From: Acidobacteriota bacterium
Lineage (GTDB): Bacteria > Acidobacteriota > Thermoanaerobaculia > Multivoradales > UBA5704
Assembly (NCBI GenBank): GCA_040005235.1
Contig: JBDTZG010000028.1
Location: 1 to 64,000, forward strand
Reading direction: 5' to 3'
Length of the DNA: 64,000 nucleotides
The first letter of the stretch is position 1; every line of letters starts with the position of its first letter. This document shows positions 10,482 to 20,717 of the stretch, one piece after another. The translations under genes and the position numbers were made by a program. The notes under the pieces were generated by a model, which worked only from the letters and a program-made list of their open reading frames with translations, ran no database searches and was not told the origin of the DNA.

Positions 10482-11288
10482 TTAGCTTGTTTCGGCCCAT
10501 TCCTTCAGGGAACGCCGGTGGACGGCATGCAGATTGGCGTTCGTAACGTCCAGCGTCGTCACCTTCGAAAGGTGAAAGCCGGTCGCCAGGAGCGTTTCGA
10601 TCAGCTCCGCCAGCGGATAGACCGCGGGGTGATACTCGATCGCCATCGAATCGATCCGGTCGAGCAGGGCGGGGTCGAGCGAGCGGAGGATCGCGAGCTC
10701 GCTCCCTTCGCAGTCGAGCTTGAGCAGCCGGATCCGCTCCAGGCCGAATTCCTCGATCACCGCGGGGAGCGAGCGGACCCGCACCTCCGTCCGCCCTGTA
10801 ATCGGCAAAGTCGCGGCCAGCTCGGGATGGAGCGTGCTGGTCCCGCCGCCCAGGACCGGGCTGATCAGCAGCTCCGCGCGTCCCTCCTGTCCGGAGATCG
10901 CCTCAGGGAAAGTGCGCACCCGGTCCGCCAGGCCGTTGGCGGCGACGTTCTGCACCATCAGCTCGTAGACCTGCGGAGCGGGCTCGAAGGCGTAGACCCG
11001 CGCCCCGTGGTAGGCGAACCAGCAGGCCGCGAAACCGTGGTTCGCGCCCACGTCCAGCACCACGTCGCCAGGGCGCAAAGGGGCGGTTTCGATGTCGTAG
11101 ACCCGCGAGTGGCAGATCTCGCCCAGCATCCGGTCCGCCCCGCGGAGGCACCGGAAGTGCAGCCCCGTGCGCCGGTCGATGACGGTGACCATCTCTCGGC
11201 CGAGGGCGCGTTGCGCGAGCAGGCTGAACGGCCGGCGATAGTTGTGGACCGCCTTGGCGATGCGATACAGGCGGGCCGGGAGGCTCAT
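10482..11288 (-). CDS. FkbM-family SAM methyltransferase
   Basis: VLDVGANHG, AFEP, LLKLDCEGSE, IEYH; ATGA overlap with the upstream M20 gene. Confidence 0.87.
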   Translation of the reverse strand: MSLPARLYRIAKAVHNYRRPFSLLAQRALGREMVTVIDRRTGLHFRCLRGADRMLGEICHSRVYDIETAPLRPGDVVLDVGANHGFAACWFAYHGARVYAFEPAPQVYELMVQNVAANGLADRVRTFPEAISGQEGRAELLISPVLGGGTSTLHPELAATLPITGRTEVRVRSLPAVIEEFGLERIRLLKLDCEGSELAILRSLDPALLDRIDSMAIEYHPAVYPLAELIETLLATGFHLSKVTTLDVTNANLHAVHRRSLKEWAETS

Positions 11289-12535
11289 GAAAGGTCGGCG
11301 TCCGCCGCGAACAGATCCGCGAGCAGCACCACCCGGCGGGCGAGCGAGGTGAGATCGAGGAACTCTTCTCGCGTGTGCATACCGCCGCCCACCGGGCCGA
11401 GGCCGTCGAGGACCGGGACGCGGCCGGGGTCGGGGAGAAAGTTGGGAAACGAGATCCCGCCGCGGTCGTCCTCGACTTCGAGCGTCCAGCCGCGGGAGGC
11501 GGCGAGGGCGACCGCCCGGTCGCACCAGGAGCGCTGCGGGCCATGCGGATCGACCGGTGGCACGGTGTGGCCGATCGCCAGATCGAGGACGGTCCCCGTC
11601 TCCTCACCGATCTTCGTCGCGAGCGCCGCCAGATCCTCCGCGATCTTCTCTCCCTCCGCGGTGCGTAGAAAGCGAAACTCCCCCTCGGCGATCGCATGCT
11701 CGGGGACGACGTTCAAGCGCGACTCGGTGCCCAGCAGGGCGGCGTTGGCCGCCGGATCGGAGACGAATCCTGCATCGCCCGCGATCAGGCGGCCGACGTT
11801 GATCGTCGGACCTCCCCCGGGCGCCGAAAGAGCCTCGGCCTCGGCGCACCAGCGGGCCGCGGCGATCAGAGCCGAGTGCCCCTGCCAGTAGTGGAGCCCC
11901 GAGTGGGCGGGGGTGCCCGTGGCGGCGAGGCGCCAGTTGCGCATGCCACGCCGGCCGGCGACCATCGTCTCCGACCCCTCTCGCGGCTCACCCGGTTCGA
12001 GCACCCAGACCGCCCGCGCCGAGGCGCCCCAGCGGGCGGTCGCTTCGCGCGACAGCACGCCCCCCACTTCCTCGTCCGGCACCACGACCAAATGGATGTC
12101 GGCCGGCGGAGCGATGCCGCGCCGGGCGAGCAGGTCGAGCGCGCCGATCAGGGTCGCCAAGCCCCCCTTCATGTCGATCGCGCCGGTCGCGAGCAAGCGA
12201 CCGTCCTGGCGCACGGGAGGAATCGCGGAGAGCACCGTATCCATGTGGCCAAGCAGCAGCAGGCAGGGGGCGTCGTTTCGCGCCGCCGCGGGGCCGCGGG
12301 CGTGGAGCACCGGCAGCGTCGTCTCGCCCACCTGCCGCGGCTCGATCTCGACCGCCAGCCCGCGCGCTTCGAGCGCCTCGCGGAGGAACGCGGCGACCCG
12401 CTCCAGCCCCTGCTGATCGACGCTCGGCGAAGAAAGCGCCGCAAGCTCGGTGAGGAAGGCGAGGGTGGAGGCGAACAGGTCCGGCGGCAACAGCGGGTCG
12501 ACGGTTTTGTCGGTCGGATCGGCCAGATCGGTCAT
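11285..12535 (-). CDS. M20 family metallopeptidase (glutamate carboxypeptidase-like)
   Basis: GHMDTV, DMKGG, PDEEVG, AHSG, GGGMHT metal-binding motifs. Confidence 0.88.
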   Translation of the reverse strand: MTDLADPTDKTVDPLLPPDLFASTLAFLTELAALSSPSVDQQGLERVAAFLREALEARGLAVEIEPRQVGETTLPVLHARGPAAARNDAPCLLLLGHMDTVLSAIPPVRQDGRLLATGAIDMKGGLATLIGALDLLARRGIAPPADIHLVVVPDEEVGGVLSREATARWGASARAVWVLEPGEPREGSETMVAGRRGMRNWRLAATGTPAHSGLHYWQGHSALIAAARWCAEAEALSAPGGGPTINVGRLIAGDAGFVSDPAANAALLGTESRLNVVPEHAIAEGEFRFLRTAEGEKIAEDLAALATKIGEETGTVLDLAIGHTVPPVDPHGPQRSWCDRAVALAASRGWTLEVEDDRGGISFPNFLPDPGRVPVLDGLGPVGGGMHTREEFLDLTSLARRVVLLADLFAADADLS

Positions 12536-12539
12536 GGGG

Positions 12540-13295
12540 CTAGCGTATCGCGCCCCGGCCCTCGAACGCCCCGGTGGCGAGCACCTGGCGCCAGAGGCGA
12601 CGCCAGGCGAACCAGGTGTGGCCGCCATGCGTGTGGAGCACGCGATCGGGAGGCAGCAGCGAGGCGAGCAGGCGGTGCCCCCGGCGCAGACGGTCGGAAT
12701 CGCCGAATCCAAGCAGCAGCGGAGGGCGCTCTGCTCCCGGGGTCTCAAACCCTTGGAACCACACCCAGAGCCGCCGCAGATCGCGCGGCTCGGGTGGAGC
12801 CGCGGGATGCCATTTGCGCGGGCCGCCGGCTTTCTCGATCTCGTCCAAAATCGGATCGTCGCCCAGGTAGGGGGAAAGGAGGACCAACCCTTCTACCTCC
12901 CCGGGTCGGTCGCAGGCGTAGAGCGACGCGCCCAAACCGCCGAGCGAGATCCCGACGAGCCAGATCTTCTCGACCCCGCGGGCGCGGGCCGGCGCGATCA
13001 CGTCCTGATGGAGACGCTCGACGATCGAGCCGTCGGCGAAATAACCGAAATGGCTTTCGACCGCGATCACCTCGCACGGAGATCCGCTGTCGCGGAACGC
13101 TTTCAGGAAGCCGCCCTTGTGGAAGAAGTCTTCTTTATGGTCGCCGAGACCGGGCAGGAAGACGACCAGGCATCGGCCGCCCGGCGCGCCGGGCAGGTCG
13201 GCGGTGGGGATTGGCACGGTGGTCGGCCCCGGTCGCGGTGGGCAGCCGGCGAGGATCAGCGCGGCGAGCAATCCCCAGATCGTTCGTAGGCTCAC
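12540..13295 (-). CDS. Alpha/beta hydrolase lipoprotein
   Basis: GTG start overlapping the upstream stop, lipobox LAGC, nucleophile elbow GISLG, C-terminal GGHTW. Confidence 0.8.
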   Translation of the reverse strand: MSLRTIWGLLAALILAGCPPRPGPTTVPIPTADLPGAPGGRCLVVFLPGLGDHKEDFFHKGGFLKAFRDSGSPCEVIAVESHFGYFADGSIVERLHQDVIAPARARGVEKIWLVGISLGGLGASLYACDRPGEVEGLVLLSPYLGDDPILDEIEKAGGPRKWHPAAPPEPRDLRRLWVWFQGFETPGAERPPLLLGFGDSDRLRRGHRLLASLLPPDRVLHTHGGHTWFAWRRLWRQVLATGAFEGRGAIR

Positions 13296-14701
13296 GGTCG
13301 TTCCTTTTCCGGCAAGACGTCCGGCCACCAGCCGCCCGGTTGGTTGAGCGGCAGAGGGCAGCGATCGACGATGTGCAGCTCGTGGAGCATTCTGTGGTCG
13401 GAGCGGAGCGCCAGATCCAACCCTTTCCGCCCGGCGCAGCGGTAATGGGTGGCGCCGAACGTCTGGGCGACCAGGAGCAACAGGGCGACCGGCGCCGCGA
13501 CCCGGAGCGCCAGCTGGACCCGCTGTGCATGCCGGGTCCGGAGGAGCGAATTCAGCCACAAAAGCGGCGGCAGCACCGCGGCGTGGAGGATCACCAGCCC
13601 CTGCCAGTTCATCACCGTGGTCGGCGCTCCGCAGTAGACGACCACGGCGGCGAGAAACGTCCACGCCGCGTACTCTTCGAGAAAGCGGCGGCCGCTCTTG
13701 CGAAGCACCGCGGGCGGCACCCGCCGACGCCAGCCGCGCCGGACGATCTTTTTGCCCAGGCGGAGATTCGCGATCAGCACCGCAATCATCGTCAACGCGC
13801 CGAGCGCGCCGAGCCCCTGGGCGAGCGGTGTCAGCCACGCGTCCATTCCGGGACCGAAATCGGGGGTGAAATCAAACACCGCCATCTTCCCGCCGATCGA
13901 CAAGCTCGCATGGCGCAGCCAGTAGAGCAACCCGCGCAGCAGGGGGAAGACATAAATCAGCCCGCGGAACAGGAACCCCTGGTTCGCAGCGGAGATCTCC
14001 GGATGGGCCCCGAGGGCAAGAACCCAGGGGACGAGCGGCAGGGCTCCGAGAGCGATCCCGAGCACCACCCCCGGCCAGTGCGGTCGAAACGCGCGACGCA
14101 GCCAGAGCAGGCCGACAGAGCCGAGCAACAGCAGCGCCGAGGGGTGGATCTGAAACGACAGGACAATGCTTGCCGCGAGCACCAGCGACGCGAAGAACGA
14201 AGCCTTCTCGCGCTGGCGCCGGATCGACCACAGGTGGAGCGCGCCGAACAGGAACAGGTAGTTCGGATTCCACAAGAAAGCCGAGTGGTAGAGCCGCCAC
14301 GGGTTCAGCCAATAGAGCAGGGCGAAAGGCAGGCGGGCGCGCGACCCCAGATCGCGATGGACGATCCGGTCGAGCAGCGCGTAGGCGGCGACGTGGAACA
14401 GCAGAATCAAGACGGTCGGCGCTCGGTGGTCGCGCCAAAGGTAGAGCGGCAGGGCGACCAGCAGGGTGGTGAATCCGCCCGCGGCATTGCCGCCGCTCGA
14501 CAGCGGATTGCCGAACGGGATGAAGACCTGATCGACCACCAGCAGCCAGCCGCGGGCGAGCAGATTTAGCTGGTCCCCTCCGACCTGACTGCGGAGCAAC
14601 ATAGCGATCGAGATCGCGAGCCCGGACAGAAAGCTAGCCGCGAGCAGCGCGCGTTCCCGTGGGGTCGTTTCCTGCCGAGGAGATGCTGCTTCGCGCGCCA
14701 T
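13292..14701 (-). CDS. Multi-pass membrane protein, GT-C (ArnT/PMT-like) glycosyltransferase
   Basis: TM1 followed by GDQ loop, WNPN and QIHP motifs, many TM helices. Confidence 0.6.
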   Translation of the reverse strand: MAREAASPRQETTPRERALLAASFLSGLAISIAMLLRSQVGGDQLNLLARGWLLVVDQVFIPFGNPLSSGGNAAGGFTTLLVALPLYLWRDHRAPTVLILLFHVAAYALLDRIVHRDLGSRARLPFALLYWLNPWRLYHSAFLWNPNYLFLFGALHLWSIRRQREKASFFASLVLAASIVLSFQIHPSALLLLGSVGLLWLRRAFRPHWPGVVLGIALGALPLVPWVLALGAHPEISAANQGFLFRGLIYVFPLLRGLLYWLRHASLSIGGKMAVFDFTPDFGPGMDAWLTPLAQGLGALGALTMIAVLIANLRLGKKIVRRGWRRRVPPAVLRKSGRRFLEEYAAWTFLAAVVVYCGAPTTVMNWQGLVILHAAVLPPLLWLNSLLRTRHAQRVQLALRVAAPVALLLLVAQTFGATHYRCAGRKGLDLALRSDHRMLHELHIVDRCPLPLNQPGGWWPDVLPEKERP

Positions 14702-14785
14702 GCCCGCCGAGGATAGCGCAGGCACTCGGAAGGGCACCGGACGCACAGGAGAGAGCCCCGGCGCCACGATAAGATCGAGGTAGCC

Positions 14786-16774
14786 GTGGAAAAACTCCGC
14801 CGACTCCTGCCGGGCTTCCTCGGCCTCGCGCTCTACGCCCTGCTGGCGACGCTTTTCCTCCGTCCGATCTGGCGGGTCTATTCCGATCACATCGCCCCTG
14901 GCCCGGGCGATCCGATTCTCAATATCTACTTCTTGAAGTGGGGGATGCATCAGATCGGGCTTGGTCTGCCGAACGTCTGGGATGCGAACTTCTTCTTTCC
15001 TATGAAGGGCACGCTCACGCTTTCGGACCATCTGCTCGGTCCGGCGCTCCAGCTGTTTCTGCTCCGGCCGCTCGTCCCGAGCGCGATCGTCGGTTACAAC
15101 CTGTTGCTCTGGAGCTCGTTCGTGCTCACCGGAGCCTCGACCGCCTGGGTGCTTCGGCAGACGGGCTGCTCGCGGCCGGCCGCGTTCCTGGGCGGCGCGC
15201 TGTTCGCGTTTTGCCCCTACCGCTGGAGTCAGCTCTGGCACCTCCAGGTGTTGCTGATGCAATGGCTGCCGCTCACGCTCTGGAGCTTCGACCGGCTGCT
15301 CGCCGAACGGACGCCGCGCCGGGCGGGTCTGTTTCTGCTTTTTTACCTGCTCCACGTGACCGGCGGGGCCTATCTTGCCTACATGGTCCACGTTCCGCTC
15401 GCGGCGCTGCTGCTGGTGCGGCTCGCTCGCCCAACCGAACGGCGCGAGTTGTTTTCGCCCCGCTCGCTGCGAATCCTGGGTGTCACGGCCGTCGCGGCGC
15501 TGCTGATGATCGGCGCGATCTTCGCCCCTTACGTGCGCTTTTCCCACGCCAACAAGCTCGAACGAAACGTGACCGACGTCGTGAGTGTCGGCGGCGCTTT
15601 CGCGAGCTATCTCTCGCCCGCGATGGGGGCCACGTACTTCGACGGCGGAACCAAGTATCTGCTGCGCAGGCGGGCTCCGAGCCTCGAAGGGGCGCTCACG
15701 CGGAATGAAAATTCACTCTTCCCCGGCTTCCTGGCCCTCGGATTCGGGCTCGCCGCGCTCCTGGCGGTGCGGGGTCGCCCGGCCGGGGAAATCCCCTGGT
15801 GGCGCCGACAGCCTCCTTCGGCGTGGACCGCGGCGGGGCTCTTGGCTGCCGCGGTCGCGGCTCTGGCGATCGGGGACCACCTTACCCTCCGCGGTCCCGG
15901 GTACGGCCCGCTTCCCGCGGAGGGTGTCTGGTGGGGCGTCGGGCTGGCCGCGTTGGCGGGGCTTGCCGGAGCGCTCTGGGTGCGGCATCGCGCGGGTGCT
16001 CCTCCTCTGCTCGATCGCTCCCGGCTGCCCCCCGAAACCGCCGACTGGTGGCTCGGCCTGGCGCTCGGCGGAGGGGTTTCGCTCCTCCTCTCGCTGCCGG
16101 CCATCTACATCCCGGCGATGCGCCTTCTGCCCGGGCTTTCCGGCATGCGGGTCTCCGCCCGGTTCGGCCTTTTCGTGGTCTTCACGCTCGCCGCCTTTGC
16201 CGCGCGCGGGGTCGATGCGGCGGCCGTCCAAATCTCGGCGGCGATCGGGAGCCAGAAAGCAAAACGACTCGCGCTTGGGGCGTTCGGGGTGCTGATCGCG
16301 ATGGTCGCTTGCTTCGAGCTCGGCCCCAACGGCGTCCGCTGGATGCGGGTGCTCAAAGAGGCCGAGTTTCCTCCGGTCTACGGCTGGCTCGCGAACCGGC
16401 CCGAAGTGTTGGCGGTCGCCGAGATCCCGATGTTTGCGACCCCGTCCGAGACCTCGTACATGTATTACTCGACCGCCCATTGGAAGCCGCTCGCGAACGG
16501 TTTTTCAGGCTACGACCCGCCGATCCATCGAGAGCTTGCGGCGCAGTTACGCACGGTACCGAGCCCCGCCGGCTTGGAACGGTTGCGCCAGTTGGGGGTC
16601 ACTCACCTGGTGGTCCACGCGGGCAATCGCCGGGCGCATCTCACCGAGGCGGATCTCGACCTTTGGACGATGCGCATGAACGGCGAGGTCGAGCGCGTGT
16701 TTTCGGCGCCGCCGGATTTCGTCTACGCGATCAAGCTCCCGAGCGACAGGAAGCCGAACCTCGCCGGTTGGTGA
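14786..16774 (+). CDS. Multi-pass membrane protein, GT-C / YfhO-like glycosyltransferase
   Basis: GDPILN...W, WDANFFFP, FAFCPYR, MRVSARF and HWKPLANGFSGY motifs. Confidence 0.62.
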   Translation: MEKLRRLLPGFLGLALYALLATLFLRPIWRVYSDHIAPGPGDPILNIYFLKWGMHQIGLGLPNVWDANFFFPMKGTLTLSDHLLGPALQLFLLRPLVPSAIVGYNLLLWSSFVLTGASTAWVLRQTGCSRPAAFLGGALFAFCPYRWSQLWHLQVLLMQWLPLTLWSFDRLLAERTPRRAGLFLLFYLLHVTGGAYLAYMVHVPLAALLLVRLARPTERRELFSPRSLRILGVTAVAALLMIGAIFAPYVRFSHANKLERNVTDVVSVGGAFASYLSPAMGATYFDGGTKYLLRRRAPSLEGALTRNENSLFPGFLALGFGLAALLAVRGRPAGEIPWWRRQPPSAWTAAGLLAAAVAALAIGDHLTLRGPGYGPLPAEGVWWGVGLAALAGLAGALWVRHRAGAPPLLDRSRLPPETADWWLGLALGGGVSLLLSLPAIYIPAMRLLPGLSGMRVSARFGLFVVFTLAAFAARGVDAAAVQISAAIGSQKAKRLALGAFGVLIAMVACFELGPNGVRWMRVLKEAEFPPVYGWLANRPEVLAVAEIPMFATPSETSYMYYSTAHWKPLANGFSGYDPPIHRELAAQLRTVPSPAGLERLRQLGVTHLVVHAGNRRAHLTEADLDLWTMRMNGEVERVFSAPPDFVYAIKLPSDRKPNLAGW

Positions 16775-17412
16775 AAATCGGGAGGATCGGCGAGGGTCGG
16801 CGACCAGGCGGAAAACTCGTGCGGAGTGTTCGGCGGGTTCGGCGGGCGTTCGATCCGATAGAAGTTCGCGCGCAGCAGCTCCGGAAGGGACTCCGGACCG
16901 ATGAGCGAAGCCCACGGCAGCACCAGAACCGCCCACCAATCCTGCTCGCCGACGCCCGTGTGAAGCAGATCGGTGCTTCCCGCGCCCCAGCGGATGTCCG
17001 GGCAGTTCCAGGCGGTCTCTACCTTTAGATCCTCGCGCCGGCCGGTCGGGTTCTCTACGCGCGCATCGAACAGCGCGCCGCGGGGGCTTACCTCGAATTC
17101 GAAGTACCGGCGCGGATCGTTGGCTCCGAAAGCCAGAAACAGCTCGACCACCTCTTCCTGCCAGAGCGGATCGTCTCGCTCGGTGAAGGTCCCCCAGGCC
17201 GCGCGATCCGCGCAGTCAAAGCGCACGGCGAGGCCGAACCGGTCGCGGCAGACGCGCACCGCCGTTTTCCAGATTGCGGCGCCGCCGGCGTCGGAACGGA
17301 GGAGCGGCGGCAACCGGGGAATGTGCTCCCAGGCCCAAAGGCCGACGACCGCATCGTCGTCGAGCGGTAGAGGCGCCATCGGTACGCGCCAGCGCGGCAA
17401 GGGAATCGTCAT
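16723..17412 (-). CDS. Carbohydrate-binding family 9-like protein
   Basis: LWQEEVVELFL, YFEFEVSP, RANFYR, AWSPT and DFHQP...FG. Confidence 0.75.
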   Translation of the reverse strand: MTIPLPRWRVPMAPLPLDDDAVVGLWAWEHIPRLPPLLRSDAGGAAIWKTAVRVCRDRFGLAVRFDCADRAAWGTFTERDDPLWQEEVVELFLAFGANDPRRYFEFEVSPRGALFDARVENPTGRREDLKVETAWNCPDIRWGAGSTDLLHTGVGEQDWWAVLVLPWASLIGPESLPELLRANFYRIERPPNPPNTPHEFSAWSPTLADPPDFHQPARFGFLSLGSLIA

Positions 17413-17497
17413 AGTGGTAGGCCCAACCTATTTGTAATAGCTTCTCACCCAATTGTCACCGCTTTTTCGTCCGTTTTCCCAAGAGGAGAGATCGGCC

Positions 17498-20308
17498 ATG
17501 AAGTTCCTTCGTACCCTCGGCCTCGTCGCGGGGCTCGCTTGGCTCGGTTCGGCAACCCTGTCGGCCCAAACCACCGGTTCGATCGTCGGCCGGGTGATCG
17601 ACGAGAGCGGCGCGCCGCTGCCGGGGACCGCGGTCGAAGCGACCAGTCCGTCGCTCCAAGGAACGCGCTCTGCGACCGCCGACGCCAACGGCGACTACCG
17701 CCTGACCCTCCTGCCACCGGGCAGTTACACCGTGACCGCGAACCTCCAAGGTTTCGCACCCGAATCGCGCCAGGCTGTGGCCGTGGGGCTCGACAAAGGA
17801 ACGACGATCGATCTGGCGCTCCGGGTGACGGCGTCCGACGAGATCACCGTGACCGGCGAAGCGCCGGTGATCGACTCGACCTCGACCACCCTCGGTACCA
17901 GCCTCGACATCCGCGCCATCCAGACCCTCCCCACGGCGCGCAACTATTCGTCGGTGGTGCAGATCACCCCTGGCGCCTCCTCTGACGCTAACCCGGAAAA
18001 CCAGGGGCAGACGACGATCTCGGTCTACGGCTCTTCCGGTGCCGAAAACGTCTTCTACATCGACGGCGTGAACACCACAGGGGTCGAATACGGCTTCCAG
18101 GGCAAGGAGCTGAACTTCGAGTTCATCGAGGCGATCGACGTGAAGACCGGCGGATACCAGGCGGAGTTCGGCCGCGCGACCGGCGGGGTGATCAACGTCG
18201 TCACCAAATCGGGCGGCAACGAATTTCATGGCGATCTGTTCGGCTACCTGGATAACGACTCGCTCCAGTCGAGTCCCGACCCGATCGTCTCGACCGGTGG
18301 CACGGTCGAAGGCTTCTCGCGGAAAGACTACGGCATCGGTCTCGGCGGCTTTTTGAAGAAGGACAAGCTCTGGTTCTTCGCTGCCTACGACAAGGTGAGC
18401 AACACGCTCACCAGCGCGCTGCCGGCCGGCCCGCGGTCGGGCCAGGAGGTCGATTCCGACTCCGATCGAAAGCTCGGCGCGGCGAAGGTCACATACCGCT
18501 TGACCGAGAGCCAGTCGCTGATCGGCAGTTTCTTCCAGGACCCGCGCGAGGACACCGGCGCGATCAACGATTCGAGCCATGCCCTGAACGGCGATCCCGA
18601 CACCTACACCGGCCGGATCGAGCTGGGAGGCAAGGACTATGCCTTGCGCTACCAGGGCATCGTCGCCTCCGAATGGGTTCTCACGGGGCAGGTCGCGCGG
18701 CACGAAGAGAAGAACTCCGTGGGTCCGTCGTCCGCCACCGGCGACACCGTGCAGTTTCGCGACGTGCAGAACGATTTCTTCCAAACCGGTGGCTTCGGCC
18801 TGATCCAGGACAAGAACTTCCAACGCGATCATGCCGGCGCCACTGCCGCGCGCTTCCTCGGCCGGCACGACCTGAAGCTCGGATTCGAGTACGAAAAGGA
18901 AAAGGCCGACGTGATCCGCCGCCAGTCGGGCGGCCAGTTGGTGGACGTCTTCCAGAATCCGTTGAACCCGAACCGGCCGATCTACCAGCACCACTACTGG
19001 ACGACGCCGGACGCGACGGTCGCCAACGCACCCCTGGGCCAGCTCACGGCATCGCCGGAGCACAAGAACACCACCCTCTACTTGCAAGACGGCTGGTCGG
19101 TGCGGCCGAACCTGACGGTCAACCTCGGCGTGCGCTGGGATCGCCAGCAGATCGTCGACGCCGAAGGCACCCAGCAGATCGACTTGAAGAAGGACTACGC
19201 GCCGCGCCTCGGCTTCGTCTGGGACCCGACCGCCGATAACAAGAGCAAGGTATTCGGATCGTACGGGCGCTATTACGAGCAATTGCCGATGGACCTGGTG
19301 ATCCGCTCGTTCTCATTCGAGCGCCAGCCGCGGATCGTCAACTTTTCGCCCACCGACATCCATCCGGATGCGGTGGCGGAAGGGATCTTGGGGACCGATT
19401 CGGCGATCCTCGGCGGATTCACCGAGCCGTCGGATCCGAACATCAAGGGCCAGTACCTGACCGAGGTGCTGCTGGGCGGCGAGCGCGAGGTGATGCCCGA
19501 CGTGGCGGTCGGCGCGAAGCTCATTTACCGCAAGTACGACCGGGTGATCGAGGATTTCCTCTGCGCCGATGACGGCACCTACTGCATCGGCAACCCGGGA
19601 GAGGGTTTCTTCAAACAGGTGTTCACGCTCGACTATTCGCGCACCCTGCCGGCGCCGAAGCCGAAGCGGGAGTACAAAGGCGTTCAGCTCGACGTGACCA
19701 AGCGCTTCTCGAAGAATTGGCAGGCGCTCGCCTCGTACCTCTACTCGAAGCTCGACGGCAACTTCGACGGCGAATACGCGCCGTTCACCAACGTCGGCGC
19801 TGACCCGAATATCTCGGCCGCCTACGACTACTTCGACTTCTTCACCAACGGCAGCGACCTCACCCGCATCACCAACAAAGGTCCCCTGTCGAACGAACGA
19901 CGTCACCAGTTCAAACTGTCGGGCATCTACCTCACCCCCTGGAATCTCCAGGTCGGCGCCTCGGCCTACTACCGCTCGGGCACTCCCCTCACCCGCTACG
20001 GCTACTCCGACGCCTATGGCCGCTACGAGTTCTTCCTCACCCCGCGCGGCGGCGAAGGACGAGGCCCGGCGACCTACGAGGCCGATCTCCACTTCGGCTA
20101 CCCGGTGAAGGCAGGACCCACGACGATCAACCTGCTGCTCGACGTTTTCAACGCCCTGAACGCCCAAAAGCCGATTCTGCTCGACCAGCGTTGGGGCTTC
20201 CAGGAGTCCGACAACACCCTGCCCAACCCGACCAATCCGGGCTACGGAAAACCGGTGCTGCGCACCGCCCCGACGTCGTTCCGAGTGGGTGTGAGGGTGA
20301 GCTTTTAA
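17498..20308 (+). CDS. TonB-dependent outer-membrane receptor (Oar-like, carboxypeptidase-regulatory N-domain)
   Basis: Signal peptide, QTTGSIVGRV...LPPGSYTV, AEFGRATGGVINVVTKSG, LYLQDGW...NLGVRWD, terminal Phe; GAGGAG RBS. Confidence 0.92.
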   Translation: MKFLRTLGLVAGLAWLGSATLSAQTTGSIVGRVIDESGAPLPGTAVEATSPSLQGTRSATADANGDYRLTLLPPGSYTVTANLQGFAPESRQAVAVGLDKGTTIDLALRVTASDEITVTGEAPVIDSTSTTLGTSLDIRAIQTLPTARNYSSVVQITPGASSDANPENQGQTTISVYGSSGAENVFYIDGVNTTGVEYGFQGKELNFEFIEAIDVKTGGYQAEFGRATGGVINVVTKSGGNEFHGDLFGYLDNDSLQSSPDPIVSTGGTVEGFSRKDYGIGLGGFLKKDKLWFFAAYDKVSNTLTSALPAGPRSGQEVDSDSDRKLGAAKVTYRLTESQSLIGSFFQDPREDTGAINDSSHALNGDPDTYTGRIELGGKDYALRYQGIVASEWVLTGQVARHEEKNSVGPSSATGDTVQFRDVQNDFFQTGGFGLIQDKNFQRDHAGATAARFLGRHDLKLGFEYEKEKADVIRRQSGGQLVDVFQNPLNPNRPIYQHHYWTTPDATVANAPLGQLTASPEHKNTTLYLQDGWSVRPNLTVNLGVRWDRQQIVDAEGTQQIDLKKDYAPRLGFVWDPTADNKSKVFGSYGRYYEQLPMDLVIRSFSFERQPRIVNFSPTDIHPDAVAEGILGTDSAILGGFTEPSDPNIKGQYLTEVLLGGEREVMPDVAVGAKLIYRKYDRVIEDFLCADDGTYCIGNPGEGFFKQVFTLDYSRTLPAPKPKREYKGVQLDVTKRFSKNWQALASYLYSKLDGNFDGEYAPFTNVGADPNISAAYDYFDFFTNGSDLTRITNKGPLSNERRHQFKLSGIYLTPWNLQVGASAYYRSGTPLTRYGYSDAYGRYEFFLTPRGGEGRGPATYEADLHFGYPVKAGPTTINLLLDVFNALNAQKPILLDQRWGFQESDNTLPNPTNPGYGKPVLRTAPTSFRVGVRVSF

Positions 20309-20317
20309 GATTCGAGT

Positions 20318-20342
20318 GGGGTGGGTCTTCGACGGCCCGCCC
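20318..20342 (+). terminator. Possible hairpin after the TonB receptor
   Basis: GGGTGGGTC-TTCGAC-GGCCCGCCC stem with G-U pairs; weak U tract. Confidence 0.3.
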
Positions 20343-20366
20343 AGTTAGTTCCGAGAACGAGATCCG

Positions 20367-20440
20367 CTAGTTTCCGAGGCCCAGCTCCTCGATCGAATCG
20401 ACTTCCAAGATCCGATCGGCCAGTCCACCCAGGGCCGAAG
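20367..20440 (-). pseudogene. Possible C-terminal remnant of a DUF4351/Rpn-type protein
   Basis: ...LGGLADRILEVDSIEELGLGN* resembles the terminal motif of DUF4351-type tails; no credible upstream body. Confidence 0.35.
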
Positions 20441-20483
20441 CCCTCTGGCGGCATCGGAAGCCATCTGGGCTAGAATCCTTGGA

Positions 20484-20717
20484 ATGATCGGAATTCAGCC
20501 AAGCCTTGAGCCCCCGATTCGAACGGTTTCGCGCCGGCCCCCGGGCGAAAATTCCCTGCGCGACGCGGCGATCCTTCTCCGCACGGTCAACCGCCTGCGC
20601 GGTGGGGGTATCGCTCCGCGGGGCGTTTACCGGTTCGCGAGCCACGAGGAAGCCGAGACATGGATGATGAGGCAGATGGCCCTTTCTCCCGTGCGCCGGA
20701 GCTTGAAGATCTCCTGA
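20484..20717 (+). CDS. Small hypothetical protein, putative partner of the nucleotidyltransferase
   Basis: 77 aa with PRGVYRFASHEEAETW; overlaps the downstream NTase start by 58 nt. Confidence 0.55.
   Translation: MIGIQPSLEPPIRTVSRRPPGENSLRDAAILLRTVNRLRGGGIAPRGVYRFASHEEAETWMMRQMALSPVRRSLKIS

Noticed and set aside
11696-14569. 957-aa plus-strand ORF and other long antisense ORFs (e.g. 17456-19282, 31732-33690, 39926-42259)
   Set aside because: Arg/Pro-rich shadows of well-supported genes, expected at this GC content
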